Program-made: the position numbers and the translations under genes
The notes under the pieces: generated by a model
Database searches by the model: none
The model's input: the letters and a program-made list of their open reading frames with translations, nothing else
Told to the model about the DNA's origin: nothing
NCBI GenBank assembly: GCA_949285875.1
Contig: CASDZZ010000003.1
Coordinates: 349-64,348, forward strand
DNA length: 64,000 bases
From: an uncultured bacterium
GTDB lineage: Bacteria > Bacillota_I > Bacilli_A > RF39 > UBA660
Direction of reading: 5' to 3'
Shown: in pieces, positions 29,079 to 35,827 of the stretch
How the letters are laid out: each line of letters begins with the position of its first letter
How positions within the stretch are numbered: position 1 is the stretch's first letter

Positions 29079-30944
29079 GTGAAGAAGGTAAATGATAAGG
29101 GGTTTACACTAGTAGAATTATTAGTAACAATAGCAATTATGCTTACTATATTAGGTATTGCTATTGTAAGTTATGTAAATATTAGTAGTAGGAAGAAAAC
29201 AGAGGCTTATGAGTCAATCAAAACACAAATAGAAGCTGCAGCAGAACAGTATTTTCAGTCAAATAGTTATTTATTAAATGAATTAAACAGTAATGGGTCA
29301 ACGGCGATTGTAAGTATTGGAGAGCTTGTTAAAGCGGATTATTTAAATAAAGTAACTGACCCAAGGGATGGTACAACATTAAATGAGTGTAATTATGTTG
29401 AAGTTAGTAAAAATAATAATGGTTATAATTATGATTTCGTTGATGACATAGCTAGTGGTGAAGAATGTTCTAATAAAATTTTTACGGTTGTAACAGAAGC
29501 AGGCGCTCCCTCAGCTAAAATTAAATTTTATAATGAAAGTTGGCAAGAAGTAGCACCTGCATCTTCTGGTTGGTTTAATTCGTCTGTTCTTGGAGGAGAA
29601 AATAAACCTTTATTAGTAGGTATCGAAGTAGATACTAAAGGTAATGGAACGATAGATAAAGTTGAAGTTAATAACCAAGTAGTAAGTGAAAACAATAATG
29701 TTTATAGTTATAAGGTACAAGAGGATGGCATTAAAAACAATGTTCAAATAGTGGTTGCAAATAAAGCTGGGAAAACTGTTACATATAGAACAAGTTGGAA
29801 AAAAGATACGACGGTACCTAATGGAAATACATCTATAGCAAGTACAAAAAGTTATAATTCAAACATTGTTAATTTATCTATAACTAATTTTACAGATGCT
29901 ACTTCAGGAATTGCTAAGGCTGTAATACCTAGCTCTGAAATAGATGCTAATTTATTCAGTAATGGAAGTTATACAAAGAAAAATTATAGTTTAAGTTCAT
30001 CTTTAGATGGTAAAAGTTATTCTGTATTAGTAAAATTATATGATAAAGCTGGAAATGAAAGAAAATTGAGTACATTAAATTATTTAGTATATAAGGAATG
30101 TTCAGTAACTTCTTCTAAAGTAAGTACTGGAAATTGGTCTAAATGTTCTAAAGCTTGTGGTGGAGGTACTCAATCTAGAACTAACGTAACAATGGTTGTA
30201 GATAATAATACAAGTAAGACTTGCTCATCAAAAAATAATATAGAAACACAAAAATGTAACGTAGCTGCGTGTGATACAACTCCACCAAATTGTCCACAAA
30301 TTTGGGTTTCTTATAAAGGTGGAGGATGGCAAACTTTAAATACAAGTCGTTCATGGCAAAATCAAAATATCAAATTTAAAGTAAGACCTACGCAAGATAC
30401 TGCTAAATGGGTTTGGAGTACGAATAACTCTGCTGAAGAAGGTAAAACTATTTCTGGAAATGCTGAAAGAAGTGATATCGTATTATCTTTAGAAGGTTCT
30501 AATAGGGCATTATATTTAACGGTATATGATGCAGCGGGAAATAAACGAAACTGTAATTACACAGGATTTAAAATAGATAAAACGACACCTAATGTTGATT
30601 ACCATAGAAATCCTGTTCCAAAATCATGTGGAGGAAAATCAGGTATAAATTCTGGCTATAAGGTTAGTGATAGCTTATCTGGATTAGCATCGGTTAAAGA
30701 TTATTTTAGTTTGACTACTTTATCTTGGAGTGATGGATATGCTATAAATAGATCTATAACTGCTGGTCAAAAAACATTTGAAAAACAAAATACTACATGG
30801 TCTGGCGCTGCTGGTTCTTGCGGAGGAGATTATAATAAACCTGTAAGTGGAAAGGAATACTATCATTATTTAAAAGCTTGTGATGTTGCTGGTAATTGTA
30901 CAGGAGTTAATAAAACTCAAAAAACTTCAAAAATTGGCGGATAG
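29079..30944 (+). CDS. Giant modular type IV pilin 1 (621 aa): prepilin leader, pilin head, Ig-like modules and a TSP1-like Cys module
   Basis: GTG start after AAAGGAGG. The leader is MKKVNDKG|FTLVELLVTIAIMLTILGIAIV (Gly-1, Phe+1, Glu+5). Downstream motifs DTTVP, DTTPP and DKTTP, with SGI/SGL...YDxAGN, are typical of bacterial Ig-like modules. Confidence 0.85.
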   Translation: MKKVNDKGFTLVELLVTIAIMLTILGIAIVSYVNISSRKKTEAYESIKTQIEAAAEQYFQSNSYLLNELNSNGSTAIVSIGELVKADYLNKVTDPRDGTTLNECNYVEVSKNNNGYNYDFVDDIASGEECSNKIFTVVTEAGAPSAKIKFYNESWQEVAPASSGWFNSSVLGGENKPLLVGIEVDTKGNGTIDKVEVNNQVVSENNNVYSYKVQEDGIKNNVQIVVANKAGKTVTYRTSWKKDTTVPNGNTSIASTKSYNSNIVNLSITNFTDATSGIAKAVIPSSEIDANLFSNGSYTKKNYSLSSSLDGKSYSVLVKLYDKAGNERKLSTLNYLVYKECSVTSSKVSTGNWSKCSKACGGGTQSRTNVTMVVDNNTSKTCSSKNNIETQKCNVAACDTTPPNCPQIWVSYKGGGWQTLNTSRSWQNQNIKFKVRPTQDTAKWVWSTNNSAEEGKTISGNAERSDIVLSLEGSNRALYLTVYDAAGNKRNCNYTGFKIDKTTPNVDYHRNPVPKSCGGKSGINSGYKVSDSLSGLASVKDYFSLTTLSWSDGYAINRSITAGQKTFEKQNTTWSGAAGSCGGDYNKPVSGKEYYHYLKACDVAGNCTGVNKTQKTSKIGG

Positions 30945-30964
30945 TTTGACTTTGAGTTTATTTT

Positions 30965-31002
30965 AAGATTACATCAATAGTTAGTTGATGTAATCTTTTT
31001 TT
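30965..31002 (+). terminator. Intrinsic terminator after pilin 1
   Basis: 13-bp perfect stem AAGATTACATCAA / TTGATGTAATCTT, 7-nt loop, T-run. Confidence 0.85.
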
Positions 31003-31075
31003 AAGAAAATTATAAGTATTAATTGATAAAATTTATAAAATGTGTTATCTTATTAATATATGATAGAGGTGTATT

Positions 31076-32965
31076 ATGTTAAATAAAAAAGGATTTACTT
31101 TAGTAGAACTATTAGTAACAATAGTAATTATGCTTACTATATTAGCTCTTGCAATTGTAAGTTATGTAAATATTAGTGATAGAAAAAAAACTGAAGCCTT
31201 CGAATCAATAAAAACTCAGGCAGAGGCTGCAGCGGAACAATATTTTCAGTCAAATAGTTATTTTCTAAAAGAATTGGATGATGATAATGTTGCCTATGTT
31301 AGCATAGGTAGACTTGTTAAAATGGATTATTTAAACAAAGTTGTAAATCCTTTGACAGGAAAAGTTTTAGATGAATGCAGTTATGTTAAAGTAGAGAAAA
31401 AAAATTATGGTTATGTATATACATTTGTAGAAGAACCTAGAGACAAAGAAGAAGATGGAACTTGCGATAATAATAATTTTACTGTTGTTCAAGATAAATC
31501 GCCTAGTGCTCCAACAGCTAAAATTGAATTTTATTCTTTGAAAAATGGGTTGGAAAAAAAGATAGAGGATTATTCTAATTATTGGTTAAATATTGAGCAT
31601 TTAGGAGAAAATGGTATACTCAGAGTAAAAGTTATCCCTACTTCGGAATCTCCAATAACTTCTGTAACTTATAAAACAACAAATGGTACAACCACAGAAG
31701 CTGAAAAAAATAATAATTATTATCAATTTGATGTTGATGATGATGGTGTGGAAAGCAACGTGCCTATTACGGTTACTAATAGTTCTGGAAAAGTATATAA
31801 AGAAGAAATCGCTTGGAAAAAGGATACTGTGGCTCCTACGGGAACAATTAGTTTAAAAAGCACTGCTTCTAATTATTCATCCAATGTGGTAAATATTTCT
31901 TTTAATTTAAAGGATGGCGACGGCGGTTCGGGTATTGAAAAACTTGATTTTAATGCAAAAGATGATTGGGAACTCCAAAATGGAACTACTGACTCAGTAA
32001 AAACTTTAAGTATATCAAATTATAGTTTAAATGATGAGATGGATGGCTCTTCATATGCCGTAAGTGCTGAAATATATGATGTTGCTGGAAATAAGGGAGT
32101 TACTAATTCACAGTCTTATGTTTTATATGAAGATTGTACAACAAACGTAAAAGTTACCAACGTAATAGGGCCTAAATGGTCAAGTTGCGTTGATGGATTA
32201 AAAATTTATCTTGATGTTAAAGTGACAGATGATACTGTAACTGGAAATCGTTGTGAAACTTATGCGGATGGATTAACTGCTACTTGTGAAACAACACCAC
32301 CTGATTGTCCTTCTCTTACTACTTCTAGATTACCTGGTGATACTGGTAAGAATGGGTGGTATAATAAAGGAATAAGATTTAACATAACGCCTGCTAAAAA
32401 TACTTCAAAATGGGTATTTAAAACTGATAATGGTAGTGGTGGTTATACAACATGGAAGACTCATACAGGTACGGCTTCAAATAGTGACCATACCTTGACA
32501 GGAAATGGTGCTGAAAGAATGGTTCAAATAGAAGTTTATAATTCTAGTGGAGCTAAAAGAACTTGTAATTATGGACCGTATAAAATAGATACTACTCCTC
32601 CAACAATAAAATATAATTATTATACAGCTTCAGCTTGTCCAGGAGATCCTTCGCCAAGTTCTAGACCAGGAGTGCAAGCTAGTTTTGTTGTAACTGATAA
32701 TTTATCAGGATTAAATTCAAACTCTGTAAAATATTATTATGATGGTAAATCTAGTTGGACTAACCAAAGTATTTATATTTCAGGAAAAATCAGCGGTACT
32801 CAGATGTCTTTTTCGAAGACTAGTACATATTCTAATTATGGTAATTGTAAAGTAGGAAGTTCCGTTAGTAAGAACATATGTTATTATAATCATATAAGAG
32901 CAACTGATGTAGCAGGAAATGTTACAACTGTTAACTCTAGTAGTTGTAAATATCCTGGCCCATAA
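31076..32965 (+). CDS. Giant modular type IV pilin 2 (629 aa), paralog of pilin 1
   Basis: Leader MLNKKG|FTLVELLVTIVIMLTILALAIV. It has the same module order as pilin 1 (CETTPPDCP, YKIDTTPPTI, ATDVAGN). RBS AGAGGTG; putative promoter TTGATA...TGtTATCTT. Confidence 0.85.
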   Translation: MLNKKGFTLVELLVTIVIMLTILALAIVSYVNISDRKKTEAFESIKTQAEAAAEQYFQSNSYFLKELDDDNVAYVSIGRLVKMDYLNKVVNPLTGKVLDECSYVKVEKKNYGYVYTFVEEPRDKEEDGTCDNNNFTVVQDKSPSAPTAKIEFYSLKNGLEKKIEDYSNYWLNIEHLGENGILRVKVIPTSESPITSVTYKTTNGTTTEAEKNNNYYQFDVDDDGVESNVPITVTNSSGKVYKEEIAWKKDTVAPTGTISLKSTASNYSSNVVNISFNLKDGDGGSGIEKLDFNAKDDWELQNGTTDSVKTLSISNYSLNDEMDGSSYAVSAEIYDVAGNKGVTNSQSYVLYEDCTTNVKVTNVIGPKWSSCVDGLKIYLDVKVTDDTVTGNRCETYADGLTATCETTPPDCPSLTTSRLPGDTGKNGWYNKGIRFNITPAKNTSKWVFKTDNGSGGYTTWKTHTGTASNSDHTLTGNGAERMVQIEVYNSSGAKRTCNYGPYKIDTTPPTIKYNYYTASACPGDPSPSSRPGVQASFVVTDNLSGLNSNSVKYYYDGKSSWTNQSIYISGKISGTQMSFSKTSTYSNYGNCKVGSSVSKNICYYNHIRATDVAGNVTTVNSSSCKYPGP

Positions 32966-32988
32966 AAATTGTTTATTGATGAAAAAAG

Positions 32989-33023
32989 CAAAGATAATTT
33001 AAACATAACTTCTTTGTTTTTTT
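32989..33023 (+). terminator. Possible weak terminator after pilin 2
   Basis: CAAAGA/TCTTTG stem with a 16-nt loop and a T7 run. Confidence 0.4.
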
Positions 33024-33086
33024 AATTTTTTTATTGAAAACTATTAATGGTTATGGTATCATATCTATGAAGAATAGAGGTGTTTT

Positions 33087-34982
33087 ATGTTAAACAAAAA
33101 AGGTTTTACGTTAGTAGAATTATTGGTTACAATAGCTATTATGTTAACAATTTTGGGCATTGCAATTATAAGTTTTGTTAGTTTGAGCAATAAAAAGAAG
33201 CAAGAATCATATGAACTCGTAAAAGATCAAATTGAAGAAGCTGCAAAACAATATTTTGAAACTAACGAATATTTGTTTGGTGGTGTTATTGATGGTTCTA
33301 CAGGTGAAATTTCTCTTGGAAAACTAGTAGGGGAAGACTACTTAAACAAAGTAACTGACCCTAGAACAGGAAAGCCATTTTCTTATTGTACAGTTGTTAG
33401 AGTGACAAAAAATGGAAATTCATATGATCTAAAACTTGATGAAAGTACTGTAGATACTTCTGAAACAAGTTGCGATTCGGATAGCTCTGTTGTTATAACA
33501 GAACCTGGAGCGCCAAAAATTGATTTGTCGGTAACTGGAATCAAGGGAAAAAATGATTGGTATGTAAAACAGGATGTAAAAGTAACTGCAAATATAGACG
33601 CGGATGCTGCTCCCATATCTAATATTGGTATATGTGAAGGTGTAGACCACTGTGAGAATTTTTCTAATGTGGGTAATTTGAATTTGAAACAAGAAAAATC
33701 TTTTGGAGAAACTTCAAAAAAAACTGTTGGATACGTGGTAACTAATTTGGCAGGTAAGAGTGCTAAAGCATGGGTAGATTTCAAATTAGATAAAACTGCT
33801 CCTACTTTAGTTACTAAAACTGAGAAATCTGACTGGACGAATAGTGATACTGTAAGCTATAGCTCAAGTATTAATGACAATCTTTCTAAAATTTCTTCTG
33901 TAGTTCAATATTGGAATAAAACAGATTTAAATGAGTCTCAAGCCAATAGTAGTAATTATAATTGGAATGGTAGCTATTATAATAATAAAAAAGATGGGAC
34001 AAAAACTGAAGATGAAAATTTAGTAAAAGGAAAAGAAAGCTACACAGCAACTGGTAAATTTAGTGGTGAAGGGGTTAGAAAGATTATTTATAAAGCTTGC
34101 GATATGGCTGGCAACTGTGCTTATAGTAATGAAGCTGTAGCTCGTATAGATAGGACAGCACCTACTTGTACTATTAATTTAAATTATGGTACTAAGGGAA
34201 ATAAAATTAATGGCATTCAGTGGTATTTGCCTAAACAATATGTTGGTGTAAATTTGAAAAATATGAATGATGACATGAGTGGTTTAAAAGAAAACACATA
34301 TGGTTTATCAACAAAAGCAGAAGATTTTAATAAAAATATTTGGGCTGCTCAGTATGAAACTAGTAAAGTTACTTGGTATGGTAATGTTATGGATAATGCT
34401 GGTAACGTTGGAAAATGTTCATCAACTTTTGCAGTTGAAACTTCAGTATCATTTGCATTCAACGATACTAAATCTGCAGGAGCTACTGCGGTAAAAGGAA
34501 CTGGAAAAGGAAAACCAATTTTCGGCACTAGAACTGATGGTGATGGTTTTACAACAGAAAATACTTGTTCTTATGGTAAGTGTAGTACTTCAAGATGTAC
34601 GGTAGATGGAAAAGCTTGCCCAAATGAGTATTTTGCAAAGTCTTGCATGTTTGTAGGTGATCATTTATCTTATTTTGATATTAAAGCAATATCAGCTGGT
34701 GGTAGTAAAACGTATGGGGTTCATACTACTCCTGGTATAACTGAAAATGGTCTTCATGTTGAAGTTGTAAAACATAATGGTATTGCAGGTGAAAGACAAA
34801 AATGTCCAAACGGGGCTAGTCAAGGCACGTATGATGCTTTTAAGTGCGGTATTGCAAGTGGCGGTGGCACTGTTAATATGACAGTATATAATTTTACTTA
34901 TACAACACCTGCAGGATTAAAAGCTAGCAATTCAATAACTTTATACACTCAATACATGACTAATTGTGGTTATAGTTATTAA
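33087..34982 (+). CDS. Giant modular type IV pilin 3 (631 aa), with divergent C-terminal modules
   Basis: Leader MLNKKG|FTLVELLVTIAIMLTILGIAII. The pilin head is conserved up to about residue 135. Distinct modules follow (KLDKTAPTL, RIDRTAPTC) and then a Cys-rich C-terminus. Promoter TTGAAA-17-TATCAT; RBS AGAGGTG. Confidence 0.85.
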   Translation: MLNKKGFTLVELLVTIAIMLTILGIAIISFVSLSNKKKQESYELVKDQIEEAAKQYFETNEYLFGGVIDGSTGEISLGKLVGEDYLNKVTDPRTGKPFSYCTVVRVTKNGNSYDLKLDESTVDTSETSCDSDSSVVITEPGAPKIDLSVTGIKGKNDWYVKQDVKVTANIDADAAPISNIGICEGVDHCENFSNVGNLNLKQEKSFGETSKKTVGYVVTNLAGKSAKAWVDFKLDKTAPTLVTKTEKSDWTNSDTVSYSSSINDNLSKISSVVQYWNKTDLNESQANSSNYNWNGSYYNNKKDGTKTEDENLVKGKESYTATGKFSGEGVRKIIYKACDMAGNCAYSNEAVARIDRTAPTCTINLNYGTKGNKINGIQWYLPKQYVGVNLKNMNDDMSGLKENTYGLSTKAEDFNKNIWAAQYETSKVTWYGNVMDNAGNVGKCSSTFAVETSVSFAFNDTKSAGATAVKGTGKGKPIFGTRTDGDGFTTENTCSYGKCSTSRCTVDGKACPNEYFAKSCMFVGDHLSYFDIKAISAGGSKTYGVHTTPGITENGLHVEVVKHNGIAGERQKCPNGASQGTYDAFKCGIASGGGTVNMTVYNFTYTTPAGLKASNSITLYTQYMTNCGYSY

Positions 34983-34987
34983 AATTA

Positions 34988-35015
34988 AAAGAGGAATTTT
35001 TAATCCTCTTTTTTG
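34988..35015 (+). terminator. Intrinsic terminator after pilin 3
   Basis: AGAGGA / TCCTCT stem with flanking A-run and T-run. Confidence 0.65.
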
Positions 35016-35016
35016 T

Positions 35017-35045
35017 TGCTAAAATATAGTAATTTTGTTATAATA
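35017..35045 (+). promoter_or_regulatory. SigA-type promoter of the Ala T-box leader
   Basis: TTGCTA, a 17-nt spacer, then TATAAT with TGt (extended -10). Confidence 0.55.
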
Positions 35046-35051
35046 TTTCTG

Positions 35052-35258
35052 TATTAAATTGATGATGAAAAATGAGTAGGTAATGTTTCTTTTAATAGAG
35101 AGTTAGTGATTGGTGAAAACTAACAAAGAATATTACTCGAAGCTATTTTCTAGAGTGATTAATAATCACCGGTTTTAAAAACCGTTATCTAAATTAAGAA
35201 AAAATTAGGATGGTACCACGGCCTTTCGTTCCTAAGCGATGGGCTTGGTACCTTTTTT
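35052..35258 (+). promoter_or_regulatory. T-box riboswitch leader (Ala specifier GCU) controlling P-loop kinase-alaS
   Basis: AGAGAG and GGTGAAAA stem I elements. The specifier context is GAA-GCT-A at 35139..35145. The T-box AAATTAGGATGGTACCACGG is at 35202..35221. A long terminator stem (GGTACCA.../...TGGTACC) is followed by T6, ending at 35258. Confidence 0.9.
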
Positions 35259-35272
35259 ATAGGAGGAAAAAT

Positions 35273-35827
35273 ATGGAATTTATAAAAAGAAATCCAGTAA
35301 TATTTATAGTTTCTGGTAAGGCAAATGCAGGGAAAGATACTGCTTGTGAACTTATTGATAATTATGTTAAATTAAAAGGGTTAAAAGCAGTTAACCTACA
35401 ATTTTCTTCGTACATAAAGATGTATGCAAAAGTAATATCAGGTTGGGATGGACAAGAAGATACTAAACCTAGAAGCTTACTACAACAACTAGGAACAGAT
35501 ATTATTAGGGATAAAATTGATAATGAGTTTTTTATAAAAAGAATAATTGGTGATATAAAAGTATATTCTTATTATTTTGATTTTGTTACTATAAGTGATG
35601 CAAGACTTCCTGAAGAAATTAATTCTATAACAAAGAATTTTGATAATGTTGTAAGAGTAAGAATAGAAAGACCTAATTTTGAAAATAATTTGAATAATAA
35701 AGAAAGAAAGCATCGTACTGAAACCGCTTTGGATGATTTCGATAACTATGATTATACAATCATTAATGATGGGACAATCGAAGAATTGAATGATAAACTA
35801 AAGAAAATTGTAGATGAGGTGTTATAA
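35273..35827 (+). CDS. P-loop kinase resembling the deoxynucleoside monophosphate (dNMP) kinase family
   Basis: The true start is ATG 35273 (RBS AGGAGG 6 nt upstream). The track's start at 35210 lies inside the T-box terminator. Walker A is VSGKANAGKDT, and the LLQQLGTDIIRD motif is typical of dNMP-kinase-like proteins. Confidence 0.65.
   Translation: MEFIKRNPVIFIVSGKANAGKDTACELIDNYVKLKGLKAVNLQFSSYIKMYAKVISGWDGQEDTKPRSLLQQLGTDIIRDKIDNEFFIKRIIGDIKVYSYYFDFVTISDARLPEEINSITKNFDNVVRVRIERPNFENNLNNKERKHRTETALDDFDNYDYTIINDGTIEELNDKLKKIVDEVL

Noticed and set aside
31180-33730. A7-A8 homopolymer tracts inside the pilin genes (for example GATAGAAAAAAAACTG in pilin 2 and TCAAAAAAAACTG in pilin 3) as slipped-strand phase-variation switches.
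   Set aside because: Tracts of this length are common throughout this AT-rich window, including in housekeeping genes (valS, dnaG, lon). There is no enrichment at the 5' ends and no evidence of length variation.
35210-35272. The ORF-track start at 35210 for the P-loop protein (MVPRPFVPKRWAWYLFYRRKN...).
   Set aside because: These codons lie inside the T-box sequence and terminator stem of the Ala leader and have no RBS. ATG 35273 has AGGAGG 6 nt upstream.
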